The notes: generated by a model not told the origin, from the letters alone. A stretch of DNA of 64,000 nucleotides from Euryarchaeota archaeon UBA605 (GCA_002504905.1 DATY01000019.1:30326-94325); one strand, 5' to 3'. Numbered from the stretch's first letter, positions 9,958 through 20,037 are shown. Translations and numbers: made by a program.

Positions 9958-12519
9958 ATGAGAATGTTTGTGGCACACTCTAGCGGAGACTCGGAAAAGA
10001 CCATCCAACATCTGGGATTGTCTCCTGATATAGTCAAATTTTTAAGAGAAAAATGGGGGATTAAAGAGCTATATCCTCCTCAACAAGATGCTTTGCCTCA
10101 TGCACTAGATGGAAAAAATCTAATGTTAACTATTCCAACTGCCAGTGGAAAATCACTTGTTGCGCATTTGACTATAGCACACAGATTGAAGCATGATTTG
10201 ATTAATCAAAAAGCTGTTTACGTAGTTCCTCTAAAGGCATTAGCTAGTGAGAAATATGATGAACTGAAAGAAATTGCCGATGTTGTAGGGCTAAAAGTAG
10301 CACTAGCCATAGGAGATAGGTCCGGAGAAATTAATTCAATTGAAGATTCAGACATTTTAATCTGTACAAGTGAGAGGTTAGACTCTTTATTGAGGAATAG
10401 ATCAGATTTAATTTCAGATATTGGAATAATTGTTACTGATGAATTTCATTTATTACATGATCATTCTAGAGGCCCTACATTAGAAGTATTAATCTCTAGA
10501 ATAAGGCATAAGAAACCCAATGCGCAGATAATTGCCCTTTCAGCAACAGTTGGTAACAGTGAAGAATTAGCAAAATGGTTAGATGCAGAATTGATTCAAT
10601 CAGAATGGAGGCCAGTCAGTCTTCACTCTGGAACTTTAACTGGATTAGAGGTTAAAGTACACCGAATAGACGGAAAAGGTGGTGAAAAATTACCTAAACC
10701 AAGAATAATTAACGGAGAAAAAGAAAAAATCTTGCAATCGGCACTAGATGATACAATTGCCGAAGAAGGTCAATTACTAATTTTTGTTAATTCAAGGAAA
10801 AGTTCTCAAAAAGAATCCAGAGAATTATCCAAACATGTATTAAAACGTGTTAAAGATGAGCCTAAATTTGACAATGGAGATAGGTTTGTAAAATTAAATA
10901 AAATTGCAGAATCAATCAATCAAAATGAGGATTCCTCGCCTTTAGGAAAGAAATTATCTAACTCAATAAAAGGAGGTGTTGCCTTCCATCATGCAGGACT
11001 GAGTAATGGGCAGAGAAAAAAGGTGGAAGAATTGTTCAAAAATGGAGACATTTTTTGTATAGTTGCAACTCCAACTCTAGCTCAGGGAGTTAATTTACCT
11101 GCTAGAAGAGTAGTAATTAGAGATGTAAAAAGATGGAGTTCAGCCGCCAGTAGAAATATGCCAATGCCGATTATGGAAATAAAGCAGATGTTGGGAAGAG
11201 CTGGAAGACCAAAATATGACAAGAAAGGCGATGCTTGGATTGTCTCAAAGAATCAGGATGAGGAAATTAAAAATGTTGAACATTTTCTGCTAAGTGAACC
11301 GGAAAATGTAACCTCTAAATTAGCGAATCCAAACGCTATTACTGCAGAAGAAGATCCAGCATTATTAACCCATATTCTCTCATTAATTGCTACAAGTGAT
11401 ATGAATGATAGAGATGCTTTAGGTAAATTTTTTAGTAAAACATTCTTATCAACACATTTGGAATCAGAGGATCTAGAAAATCAAATTGATAGAGTAATAA
11501 AATGGCTTTCTGACAATGATATGATAATTAAGGAAGGAGAATCTGAAAGAGTAAAAAATAGGATTCTTAAAGAAATAGATAATGAAAATTCTGAAGATAA
11601 TTGGGACGATGATATTCCTAGTTGGGCAGAATCAGCAAAAAATATCTCAGGAATTAGCATCAATAGGGAAAATCATAACGAGAAATTTGGTGCTATGCCA
11701 AGGAAGGGCCCTGCAATTTTTGGTTTTAAGAAAGCAAGTAATTATGAAGTCGAGGAAGTTGAAATTCCAGATCCACCTACAATGGTTTATTCCGCCACTT
11801 CTTTGGGATTAAGAGTCTCAAGACTGTATCTAAATCCAGTCTCAGGAAAGATACTCAAGGATGGATTATCTAATGCTATGGAAATCTTAACAGGTATTGA
11901 TTTGGAAAGACAAATTTCACCCTTTAGTCTACTACACTTAGTCACATGTACGCCAGATTTCATACCATTATGGCCACAAAAGAAAGATCTAGAGAAAATA
12001 CAAGATGCACTTTTTGGACATGAAAGAGAATTACTAATGCAAAGTGTAGATTTAGATGATGAAAGAAGAATGAAAGGGGCTCTAGTTTTACAATCATGGA
12101 TAGAAGAAACAAGTATAAATGATCTAGAAACGGAATGGAATGTACAACCTGGAGACTTAAGAAGTAGGGTGGATTTAGCAGAATGGCTTCTTTATTCAAC
12201 TAGAATAATTCTCATGGAAGATGAAGAATTATCAAGAATGGATAAAGAATCACATCGTGTACTATTTGAGGCGATAGATGAAACACATAGAAGAATGAGA
12301 TATGGTTGTAAATCTGATCTTATTTCGTTGGTCTCTTTGAGAGGAATAGGTAGAGTTAGAGCCAGAGAGATGGTTGAGAAATTAGGTGTTTCAAATGTTA
12401 AAGATGTGGCATTGTTGACAGAAAATGATAAGATTAAACTCTCGGAACTAAGAGGTTGGAGTATGAAATTAGTAGATAGAATAGTCAAAAATGCGATACA
12501 ATCTAAGCAAAGAACATGA
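9958..12519 (+). CDS. hel308: Ski2-like SF2 DNA helicase Hel308/Hjm
   Basis: Motifs PTASGKS, TDEFH, SATVGN, FHHAGL, QMLGRAGRP, and ATSLGLRVSRLYLNP in the ratchet region. ATG 9958 follows the upstream stop (ORF-track start 9859 overlaps the thioesterase). Has an acidic insertion at about 11540-11785. Confidence 0.8.
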   Translation: MRMFVAHSSGDSEKTIQHLGLSPDIVKFLREKWGIKELYPPQQDALPHALDGKNLMLTIPTASGKSLVAHLTIAHRLKHDLINQKAVYVVPLKALASEKYDELKEIADVVGLKVALAIGDRSGEINSIEDSDILICTSERLDSLLRNRSDLISDIGIIVTDEFHLLHDHSRGPTLEVLISRIRHKKPNAQIIALSATVGNSEELAKWLDAELIQSEWRPVSLHSGTLTGLEVKVHRIDGKGGEKLPKPRIINGEKEKILQSALDDTIAEEGQLLIFVNSRKSSQKESRELSKHVLKRVKDEPKFDNGDRFVKLNKIAESINQNEDSSPLGKKLSNSIKGGVAFHHAGLSNGQRKKVEELFKNGDIFCIVATPTLAQGVNLPARRVVIRDVKRWSSAASRNMPMPIMEIKQMLGRAGRPKYDKKGDAWIVSKNQDEEIKNVEHFLLSEPENVTSKLANPNAITAEEDPALLTHILSLIATSDMNDRDALGKFFSKTFLSTHLESEDLENQIDRVIKWLSDNDMIIKEGESERVKNRILKEIDNENSEDNWDDDIPSWAESAKNISGISINRENHNEKFGAMPRKGPAIFGFKKASNYEVEEVEIPDPPTMVYSATSLGLRVSRLYLNPVSGKILKDGLSNAMEILTGIDLERQISPFSLLHLVTCTPDFIPLWPQKKDLEKIQDALFGHERELLMQSVDLDDERRMKGALVLQSWIEETSINDLETEWNVQPGDLRSRVDLAEWLLYSTRIILMEDEELSRMDKESHRVLFEAIDETHRRMRYGCKSDLISLVSLRGIGRVRAREMVEKLGVSNVKDVALLTENDKIKLSELRGWSMKLVDRIVKNAIQSKQRT

Positions 12520-12560
12520 TGACTAGAATCATTATTGAATTATAGCCTCTCGCGTGTACA

Positions 12561-13121
12561 GTGATTCGAGACCAGATGCCCTGGTTCCCCGCATGGGGAA
12601 TTAAGTTTGATAGTGAAATAATTGATTTCAAGGAAATTTTATCATCTTTCAATGAATTAAGACCTGATGAAAAATGGTTCTTATTGGCTTTCGAGGTTGC
12701 TGCCAGCGAAAAACATCTATGGACTGCCTGGTATTCAATGAAAAGAAATCAGAAAAAACAAATTATGGTTGCAAATAGTCCTGATGCGGAGTTTCTAAGA
12801 ATTATTTCCGGAACTCACCAAGTTAGAATTGCATTTGAAAATGCAGGAATTAGAAATAATGATCATGCTGCATGGATTGTAAGGCTTCCAGAAATCGAAA
12901 TTAGTGAAAATATTGACGAAAATTTAATCAATCGTGAGATTTATAATATTTATGAATTAGAAGCAAATAACCTAATTGAACGCATGAATGGTTCATTGAT
13001 ACCTCAAAGACCAAAACCTACATTGGAAGGACTAAAAAGAATAAAATACGAATATGAGATTAATGAAGAAAAGTCATTAGAGGAATGCTTTCTGCTGCAT
13101 CTAATTTCATCAAATGTATAA
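12561..13121 (+). CDS. cgi121: KEOPS complex subunit Cgi121-like
   Basis: SPDAEFLRIISGTHQVRIAFENAGI resembles the conserved E-x-L-x-R-x-SG-x-x-QI-x-x-AI-x-x-xG block of archaeal Cgi121. Size fits. GTG start. Confidence 0.5.
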   Translation: MIRDQMPWFPAWGIKFDSEIIDFKEILSSFNELRPDEKWFLLAFEVAASEKHLWTAWYSMKRNQKKQIMVANSPDAEFLRIISGTHQVRIAFENAGIRNNDHAAWIVRLPEIEISENIDENLINREIYNIYELEANNLIERMNGSLIPQRPKPTLEGLKRIKYEYEINEEKSLEECFLLHLISSNV

Positions 13122-13186
13122 TCAAAAAGAAGTTTTTAGAGGGACAAACTGATATGCACGATACCTGAGCACGGAATGGGGATATC

Positions 13187-13435
13187 ATGGCGAAATACTA
13201 TGGCTACGGAAATTGCTCTAAATGTGGAATAATTTGTACCCCAGGAAACTATCTCGATTACAAAGGGAAAAGATACTGTACTGCTTGCTGGATTGAACAA
13301 GAGAATCCGGATCATCCGGATTTAGAGGCTATTAGACAAAAGGTCGAAAATGCAGTTTCTACTTGGAAACTTGCGAAATATTCTCGTGATGAGTATCACT
13401 TACCTGTTGGCCCAAAATCTATCAATAAGAGGTGA
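13187..13435 (+). CDS. Small zinc-ribbon protein, function unknown
   Basis: CSKCG...(17)...CTAC four-Cys ribbon. GGGGA lies upstream of the ATG. Confidence 0.45.
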   Translation: MAKYYGYGNCSKCGIICTPGNYLDYKGKRYCTACWIEQENPDHPDLEAIRQKVENAVSTWKLAKYSRDEYHLPVGPKSINKR

Positions 13436-15140
13436 TAATTTGTCATTTGTTCCAGATGATTTTGATGCTTCTTCATGGGAAAATATCGAGCCATATGTTT
13501 CTGATTTAATCAGCAGAAAATTAACTTGTTCAAGTTGTATTGAAAAATTAATTTCAGATTCTTCAAATCTTGCAGAGCATATTTCAGAGACTGGCGCATT
13601 ACTTTACATAGGTATGACTTGCGATACAGAGAATGAAAAGAAAAAGAGTGATTTTTTACATTTTGTAGAAAATATTAGGCCTAAGCTCTCTGAATTTTCT
13701 GATAATTTGAATAGAAGAATCGCAGAGCATCCATCACTCACAGATTTACCAGAAAGGTATTCTTTAATGGTTAGAGGAATAATTTCTGATATTGAGATTT
13801 TTAGAACAGAAAATATTCCATTAGGAGTTGAACAAACTAAACTTGTGACAAAAGCTCAAGGAATTACTGGAGCAATGACTGTAGATTTTGAAGGAAAAGA
13901 AAGGACATTTCCTGAAATGAAGGTTTTCTTAGAATCAAATGATAGAGAAAAAAGAGAAAAGGCTTGGAAAAAGATGGTAAGTAGATGGATGAGGGATTCG
14001 GAAGAATTATCTGAAATATTCGATCAATTAATAAAAATCAGACACCAAATTGCTATTAATGCAGGATTTGATTCCTACACTAATTACATGTTCAGAGCCA
14101 TGCATAGATTTGATTATTCAGTTGAAGATTGTTTAACTTTCCATGACTCAATTGAAAAGGTTTGTATGCCAATAATTAATGAAATTAATGAGAAAAGACG
14201 TATGGCTTTTGGTTTAGATAAGCTATCTCCATGGGATGTGAATGAAAAGTCTGGAAGTGGTCCAGATATTAATGGGAAAAAGCCTCTCAAACCATTTGAA
14301 TCTGTAGAAGAGATGGTTTCAAAATTATCTCAATTATTCCATAATATGTCAAGAGATTTAGGAATAAAATTTGATAAATTAGTTGAGATGGATACGTTAG
14401 ATTTGGAGACTAGGAAAGGTAAGGCACCGGGAGGATACCAATATTATCTGGAAAAAAGTCGAGTTCCTTTTATTTTCATGAATGCTGCTGGTTTACAGGG
14501 CGATTTAGAAACTATGATCCATGAATCAGGACATGCATTTCATTCACTTTACTGTGGTCACTTAGACTTAATCGATGAAAGAAACTATCCAATCGAATTT
14601 GCAGAAGTTGCATCAATGTCAATGGAATTACTAACTCAAGATGAGTGGGGAATATTTTACGAAAATAATGACGAAGTAAATAGAGCGAAAATCTCTCATT
14701 TAGAAGGTGTGGTATATTTGTTACCATGGATTGCTACAATAGATGCATTTCAACATTGGATATATGCTAATCCGAATCATACTAGAAGTGAAAGAATAGA
14801 ACATTGGTTATCACTTAGAGAAAGATTTGGTTCAGATATGGATTGGGAAGGTAACGAAAGCTTCCGTGAATTATCTTGGCAACAACAAGGACATTTGTAT
14901 GGGGTTCCATTCTATTATGTCGAATATGGCATCGCACAATTAGGAGCATTGCAGCTTTGGCAAACGCATAGAAGAAATCCTGAAAAGGCATTAAAAGACT
15001 ATTCTAATGCTATGGAATTAGGGAATACAAAGACTTTACCTGATTTATTTGCAGCCGCAGAATTAGAACTTGGCTTCGATGAAAAACATCTCGGTTCACT
15101 AATTAAAGAAGTTAATATTGCAATGTCCGAAATGAAATAG
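13350..15140 (+). CDS. Oligoendopeptidase F-like (M3B) metallopeptidase
   Basis: HESGHAFH (HExxH) and overall M3B length. Start is uncertain: ATG 13350 overlaps the upstream gene by 86 nt, while the in-frame TTG at 13440 lies just after the upstream stop. Confidence 0.8.
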   Translation: MQFLLGNLRNILVMSITYLLAQNLSIRGDNLSFVPDDFDASSWENIEPYVSDLISRKLTCSSCIEKLISDSSNLAEHISETGALLYIGMTCDTENEKKKSDFLHFVENIRPKLSEFSDNLNRRIAEHPSLTDLPERYSLMVRGIISDIEIFRTENIPLGVEQTKLVTKAQGITGAMTVDFEGKERTFPEMKVFLESNDREKREKAWKKMVSRWMRDSEELSEIFDQLIKIRHQIAINAGFDSYTNYMFRAMHRFDYSVEDCLTFHDSIEKVCMPIINEINEKRRMAFGLDKLSPWDVNEKSGSGPDINGKKPLKPFESVEEMVSKLSQLFHNMSRDLGIKFDKLVEMDTLDLETRKGKAPGGYQYYLEKSRVPFIFMNAAGLQGDLETMIHESGHAFHSLYCGHLDLIDERNYPIEFAEVASMSMELLTQDEWGIFYENNDEVNRAKISHLEGVVYLLPWIATIDAFQHWIYANPNHTRSERIEHWLSLRERFGSDMDWEGNESFRELSWQQQGHLYGVPFYYVEYGIAQLGALQLWQTHRRNPEKALKDYSNAMELGNTKTLPDLFAAAELELGFDEKHLGSLIKEVNIAMSEMK

Positions 15141-15162
15141 TCGGACTAGCCGAGGTCTAAAA

Positions 15163-16167
15163 TCAATCCTTTAGACCTTCGGCTGTCACGGTAAAGACCG
15201 CTTCTCCCTCTGGAAGATTAGGGCTATCGATTAGACGGGCTATTCGTCTACCTCCCTTTGATTTTCTCAGATAGAGACGGAATGTGCTTGCATGACCTAC
15301 TATATGTCCTCCAATAGCTTTAGTTGGATCACCCCATAATGCCGCAGGATTAGACATTACTTGGTTTGTAACCAACACTAGAGCATTTTGAACATCTGAT
15401 AGTTGTTTTAATTCTTTGAGGTGCTTATTCAATTTCTGTTGTCTTGATGCTAACATTCCTCTACCTACGAACTCTGCACGGAAATGACTTGTTAGAGAAT
15501 CAACAATTACTAACTTTACATCAATTGATTTTGCCATTCTTTTAATTTCATCAACTAATAACATCTGATGAGCAGAGTTGTAAGCACGTGCTACATGAAT
15601 TCTATCTAGAGCGTCCTGAGGATCCATACCTACTGCTTCTGCCATTTGTGCTATTCTTTCCGGCCTAAAGGTATCTTCAGTGTCAATATAAAATACTTCA
15701 CCGTTTAATCCACCTTGAGATGTAGGAAGGATTGTATTTACAGCTAATTGATGCCCAATTTGAGTCTTGCCACTTCCAAATTCACCGAATACTTCACAGA
15801 TTGATTGTGTTTCGAAACCGCCGCCCAGTAATTCATCCATTGCGGAAGTACCTGAGGTTAATTTTTGTACGGTTTTACGGCGTTCTAATAGTGCATTCCC
15901 ACTTATGAAACCACCGATATTTGCTAACTTTTTTGCTGCTTGAATAATTTTCGACGATACTGCTTCACCCAATTCAGCCTGTTCGGCCAATTCCATGGGA
16001 CTCATGACTGCTATTGCTAGCAGTTCTTCGAAACCCGCTTCCCTTAGTTTTTCTGCAGTAGCAGGACCTACCCCTGGAAGATCTTCTATAGTCATCTCCG
16101 GTTCATCTACATCTATTGTAATTTCATTTTCGTCCATATTCTCGCTAGCCGTTTTCTTCGTCATCAT
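15163..16167 (-). CDS. radA: DNA repair and recombination protein RadA
   Basis: N-terminal HhH ([17 protein letters not shown]), Walker [10 protein letters not shown], Walker B LVIVDS, archaeal RadA length. Confidence 0.95.
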   Translation of the reverse strand: MMTKKTASENMDENEITIDVDEPEMTIEDLPGVGPATAEKLREAGFEELLAIAVMSPMELAEQAELGEAVSSKIIQAAKKLANIGGFISGNALLERRKTVQKLTSGTSAMDELLGGGFETQSICEVFGEFGSGKTQIGHQLAVNTILPTSQGGLNGEVFYIDTEDTFRPERIAQMAEAVGMDPQDALDRIHVARAYNSAHQMLLVDEIKRMAKSIDVKLVIVDSLTSHFRAEFVGRGMLASRQQKLNKHLKELKQLSDVQNALVLVTNQVMSNPAALWGDPTKAIGGHIVGHASTFRLYLRKSKGGRRIARLIDSPNLPEGEAVFTVTAEGLKD

Positions 16168-16237
16168 ACCACCTGTTTACGTATATTGGGAATACTAAAC
16201 AGTATATGAATAAACGAAGGACCCCTTGTATATTATT

Positions 16238-16286
16238 AAAGTGAAAAAAAGTATTTCAGCCTATCAGTTACCCTTTTTTTCACTTT
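16238..16286 (-). terminator. 14-bp A/T-rich perfect hairpin with a T7 run, between the tRNA 3' end and the radA promoter region
   Basis: AAAGTGAAAAAAAG (16238-16251) is the exact reverse complement of CTTTTTTTCACTTT (16273-16286); loop is 21 nt. On the minus strand the 3' arm carries the T7 tract. Confidence 0.35.
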
Positions 16287-16303
16287 CAGTTTATTTTCAG
16301 TTT

Positions 16304-16381
16304 TGGTATCGAGTGGTGGATTTGAACCACCGGTCTCCGGGTTATGAGCCCGACGAGATAACCTGACTACTCCAACTCGAT
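16304..16381 (-). tRNA. tRNA-Met (CAT), initiator type, CCA encoded
   Basis: Reverse complement gives acceptor ATCGAGT/ACTCGAT, anticodon loop CTCATAA, T-arm GGTGG-TTCAAAT-CCACC, and 3' ACCA. A1:U72 and three consecutive G:C pairs (GGG/CCC) next to the anticodon loop are archaeal initiator hallmarks. Confidence 0.9.
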
Positions 16382-16490
16382 AGTCTGCCCTGAGGCCTTA
16401 CTTATTTGAAGACGTCTAGAAAGATTTTTGCACATTTACATATGATAACAGTCATGTGGTGTCAGTTAACCCGAGTATATTGGAGACGCT

Positions 16491-17849
16491 ATGAAAGGTA
16501 GATTACTAGTACAAAACGCGATGATGGTTCTTCCTAATAGGATTGTCCAAGGTGATCTACGTGTCAGCAATGGCTTAATCAAAACTATAGCTCCTATGGG
16601 AGGCCTTCAACCTGAAATGGATGAAGTGATTATAGATGCTACTGGGCTACACTTATTGCCGGGTGCGATTGATCCTCATGTTCACTTTCGAGATCCGGGA
16701 AATCCAGAAAAAGAAGATCTAGAAAGTGGAAGTAGAGCAGCAGCAGCAGGAGGAATTACTTCATTTTTGGATATGCCGAATACATCTCCTAATGCAACTA
16801 ATCGATTAGCCATAGAAGAAAAAATAAATCAAGCTCAGAAAAAGGCGGTTACTCACCATGGATTTTTCATTGGTGCTACGAATAACAATATTTCAGACCT
16901 ACAAAATGTTGAAGGAATGGATGGAGTCTGTGGAATCAAAATTTTCATGGGAAGTAGTACAGGAGATTTACTGGTTCATGAACAAAAATATCTAGAAAAT
17001 ATATTTGCAAATACCGGAGGAATTATTGCCACTCATGCAGAAGATGAAAAAAGGTTACAATCAAGAATTTCAAAATATAAGCACCGAAAGGACATTGCAG
17101 CACATGCTGAATGTAGAGACATTGAATGCGCACTAATAGCTACAAAAAGAGCGTCTGCTTTAGCTAAGGATTATGATCATCGCTTACATATTGTTCATTT
17201 GACAAGTGGGAAAGAGGCAGATTGGTTGGCATCCAATAAAGGAGATTTAATCACTACAGAAGTTTGTACACAGCACCTTACTTTCAATCAAGATGATGTT
17301 GAAAAACTTGGAGTTCGAGCATTAATGAATCCCCCAATAAGATATACAGAAGACAGAGAAAAACTTTGGAATAGACTCAAGGATGGAACTATTGATTGCA
17401 TCGTTACTGACCATGCTCCTCATACTTTAGAATCAAAATCAGTCGGATTTCCGAATGCCCCTGCTGGAATGCCCGGAGTAGAAACATCACTCCCTCTAAT
17501 GCTTACACACGCTGTGGAAGGAAAGTGTTCAGTATCTGAAGTTGTAAAATGGATGTGCGCTGGTCCTGCCAAAGTTTACGGAATTAAAAATAAAGGACAT
17601 CTTAAAGAAGGATATGATGGAGATTTAGCTCTAGTTGATTTAGAAAATCGTAGGATTATTCAAGACTCTGACACATGGACTAAAGTTGGTTGGACTCCAT
17701 ATCAAGGAATGGAACTAACAGGATGGCCGATGTATACAATTGTAGATGGTAATGTAGTTCATACACGTGACCCTGAAGGGCCCCTAAGAGGGAATTCTAT
17801 TTCTCTCCCAGGTAGTAATGGTAGAGTCTTGGAGTTCAACAAAATTTAA
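16491..17849 (+). CDS. pyrC: Dihydroorotase
   Basis: DPHVHFRDPG metal-ligand motif, TDHAPH near the C-terminal third, amidohydrolase length. Confidence 0.85.
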   Translation: MKGRLLVQNAMMVLPNRIVQGDLRVSNGLIKTIAPMGGLQPEMDEVIIDATGLHLLPGAIDPHVHFRDPGNPEKEDLESGSRAAAAGGITSFLDMPNTSPNATNRLAIEEKINQAQKKAVTHHGFFIGATNNNISDLQNVEGMDGVCGIKIFMGSSTGDLLVHEQKYLENIFANTGGIIATHAEDEKRLQSRISKYKHRKDIAAHAECRDIECALIATKRASALAKDYDHRLHIVHLTSGKEADWLASNKGDLITTEVCTQHLTFNQDDVEKLGVRALMNPPIRYTEDREKLWNRLKDGTIDCIVTDHAPHTLESKSVGFPNAPAGMPGVETSLPLMLTHAVEGKCSVSEVVKWMCAGPAKVYGIKNKGHLKEGYDGDLALVDLENRRIIQDSDTWTKVGWTPYQGMELTGWPMYTIVDGNVVHTRDPEGPLRGNSISLPGSNGRVLEFNKI

Positions 17850-17918
17850 TTCCTACAGGTTTCACCTTCTGGACCATCTGACATGACCATCAGATTATGA
17901 ATAAGTTGGTATATTGAT

Positions 17919-18098
17919 TTACAATGTATTAGGAGAATTAGGAATTAATGTTATTGTTACCGGGTCTACCTCCTCAGATTCTTCATCATCCATGGCAGTC
18001 GATGTTTCAACGGCTACATCGCTTTCAGCGGAGCCGAGGCTTTGAGTGCCGGCTAAAAAAATCAGCGCAGCAAGTTGTATGTTCAATTCCTGATCCAT
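17919..18098 (-). CDS. Candidate 59-aa small protein, just below the ORF-track cutoff
   Basis: Own translation: MDQELNIQLAALIFLAGTQSLGSAESDVAVETSTAMDDEESEEVDPVTITLIPNSPNTL. Hydrophobic N-terminal segment followed by an acidic tail. TATA-like TTTATATT (minus strand, 18126-18133) lies ~27 nt upstream of the ATG, consistent with a leaderless or short-leader transcript. Confidence 0.3.
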   Translation of the reverse strand: MDQELNIQLAALIFLAGTQSLGSAESDVAVETSTAMDDEESEEVDPVTITLIPNSPNTL

Positions 18099-18391
18099 CG
18101 ATACTCATTTTGATGATACATACTTAATATAAATCACTATTTGAGTCATACTTGCATCAAGAGAGAAAATCGTTTAAAATTAGCATTATTCAATAATTTC
18201 TAATGAATAAGACGATTTTAAACCATTATTTATTAAATCAGCTAATTTTTACTTAGGTCTTTTAGAAAAATTATTACCATTAATATACTCATATTTCCTT
18301 AGTTCTGTGATATGATAAACTTGGTTAATTGTTTTGACATCTATAATCGTCGTGTTGAAGAAGTGATGCTCTTGTGTAGGGGTGAAAACTG

Positions 18392-19426
18392 ATGAGCGAG
18401 TACCAGCGAAATGAAGATGAAGGTTCGGAAGAATTTGTTGAATCTATGTTGACTTCTGCCCGTTCAGTGATACGTACTTGCCTACAAATGAGGTCTTTCG
18501 AAACCATATTAATAGTTACAGATCCTGAAAGTTCGGTTATCGGGAGAGCATTGTATGAAGCTTCAGCAGAAGTAACTGACAGAACTCTAATGATGATGAT
18601 GCCAACGTCTCATAAAAAAGGGAGTGAACCCCCAGATTATGTTGCTGAATTGATGAGAAAACAAGATGTTGTTATTCTCGCCACTAAAAGTTCGATGACA
18701 CACACTAAAGCTAGAATAAATGCATCAAGAACTGGTAGAACAAGAATTATTTCTATGCCAGGCATTAGTGAGTTAATGTTTTCAACTGGTGGAATGACTG
18801 CAGATTACAACGCTCTACAAAAAGAATTGTCAGGACTGACATCATTGTTTAGGAGAAAAAGAGATGTGAAAGTAACTTCTCCAGCAGGTACTGATATCAC
18901 GTTCAGTATTGGGGCAAAGTGGAGAACAGATGATAATGGAATTTGCAATAGGCCAGGACAAGTAATGAATTTACCGTCAGGAAGAGTTTTCGTATTTCCA
19001 AAAGAAGAAACAATGAACGGGAAAATAGTCATTGATGGTTCTTGGGAAGGAGCAATAGTTGATGAGCCAATTGTAATGGAAATTGAAAATGGAGTTGTTA
19101 CTAATATATCTGAAAGCGGTTTCACTGAAGAAATAAACTCAACTTTTGATGAATTAAGTAAATCTTTGAATAAGAACAAAGCAGCAATAGTAAAAACAGT
19201 TGCAGAGTTTGGATTTGGAATGAATGCGAGAGCTAAAGTAATCGGAAATTTACTTGAAGATCAAGTAGTTCGTGGGGCTGCACACTTCATTCTGGGCGAC
19301 AATTCGGCATATGGTGGTAAAAACAACATAGGTTTGCAAATGAGAGGAGTGATTTTGAAGCCAACAATTGAATTAAAAGATGTAGATTTAGTAAAGGACG
19401 GAAAAATAATTGCTCGTAGGAGCTGA
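18392..19426 (+). CDS. M29 (aminopeptidase T/AmpS)-like protein
   Basis: C-terminal block VAEFGFGMNARAK...LLEDQVVRGAAHFILGDN resembles the M29 iGElgiGtN...llDEK..GtvHiAlG region. GGGGTGA SD-like element lies upstream. Confidence 0.55.
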   Translation: MSEYQRNEDEGSEEFVESMLTSARSVIRTCLQMRSFETILIVTDPESSVIGRALYEASAEVTDRTLMMMMPTSHKKGSEPPDYVAELMRKQDVVILATKSSMTHTKARINASRTGRTRIISMPGISELMFSTGGMTADYNALQKELSGLTSLFRRKRDVKVTSPAGTDITFSIGAKWRTDDNGICNRPGQVMNLPSGRVFVFPKEETMNGKIVIDGSWEGAIVDEPIVMEIENGVVTNISESGFTEEINSTFDELSKSLNKNKAAIVKTVAEFGFGMNARAKVIGNLLEDQVVRGAAHFILGDNSAYGGKNNIGLQMRGVILKPTIELKDVDLVKDGKIIARRS

Positions 19427-19431
19427 TAACA

Positions 19432-20037
19432 ATGAGAGCTTTTCTTTGGTGTAATGGTGAAAAACCTGATAAAGAAATTATTTCTAATTTAGGAAATATT
19501 TCTCCACTGTTCGGAGTTGACGGTGGAGGAAATAAGGCTAAGTCATTTGGATTTGATGTTAAAGAAATATTAGGAGACTTAGACTCTGTTGTAAATGATG
19601 ATCAGGTAACTAAAACAACTCTTCTTGAAAATCAAAATCTTAGTGATTTAACCAAGGCTATCAATGAATTAGAAAAAAGAGGATTCTCAGAATTTGATAT
19701 CTTAGGAGTTGATGGAGGAGATACAGGGCACATATTAGGAATATGGGGTTCTTTAGCTGAGATCTCTGAAAACCTAGTAATCAGACTCCATCATCAAAAC
19801 TCTACGACTTATAGAATTACTACCGAATTAAGAAACTTCAAAATAGATGTTGATAAAGATAGATTATTTTCAATATTTGCCCTTACAAAATGTCAAAATG
19901 TATGTGTCAAAGGTGCTGAATGGGAGATTTTCAATGAAGAGTTCGATTTATCGACTAAAGGCCTTCATAACAGAGGTTTGGGAAACACAATAACAATAAG
20001 TGTAGAAGGAATTCTAGTGCTAATTATTCAGAACTAA
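19432..20037 (+). CDS. Thiamine pyrophosphokinase-like
   Basis: LWCNGEKP...FGVDGGGN...ILGDLDS pattern typical of TPK catalytic domains. AGGAG lies upstream. Confidence 0.6.
   Translation: MRAFLWCNGEKPDKEIISNLGNISPLFGVDGGGNKAKSFGFDVKEILGDLDSVVNDDQVTKTTLLENQNLSDLTKAINELEKRGFSEFDILGVDGGDTGHILGIWGSLAEISENLVIRLHHQNSTTYRITTELRNFKIDVDKDRLFSIFALTKCQNVCVKGAEWEIFNEEFDLSTKGLHNRGLGNTITISVEGILVLIIQN

Noticed and set aside
13350-13439. The 86-nt overlap between the zinc-ribbon ORF and the PepF ORF, considered as a programmed frameshift or fusion.
   Set aside because: There is no slippery sequence. The simpler explanation is a downstream PepF start (in-frame TTG at 13440, right after the upstream stop).
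16200-17000. tRNA-adjacent region considered as an integration site of a mobile element.
   Set aside because: No integrase is present, and I found no direct repeat of the tRNA 3' half. The flanking genes (radA, pyrC) are core housekeeping genes.
18100-18391. AT-rich gap considered as a replication origin.
   Set aside because: I found no repeated ORB/mini-ORB-like elements and no adjacent orc1/cdc6 gene. Only one short 8-bp inverted repeat is present.
18105-18400. TGATGA strings (about 18111 and 18390) considered as C boxes of C/D-box sRNAs.
   Set aside because: No CTGA D box lies at a suitable distance and there are no terminal complementary ends. The second TGATGA is simply the start region of the aminopeptidase-like gene.
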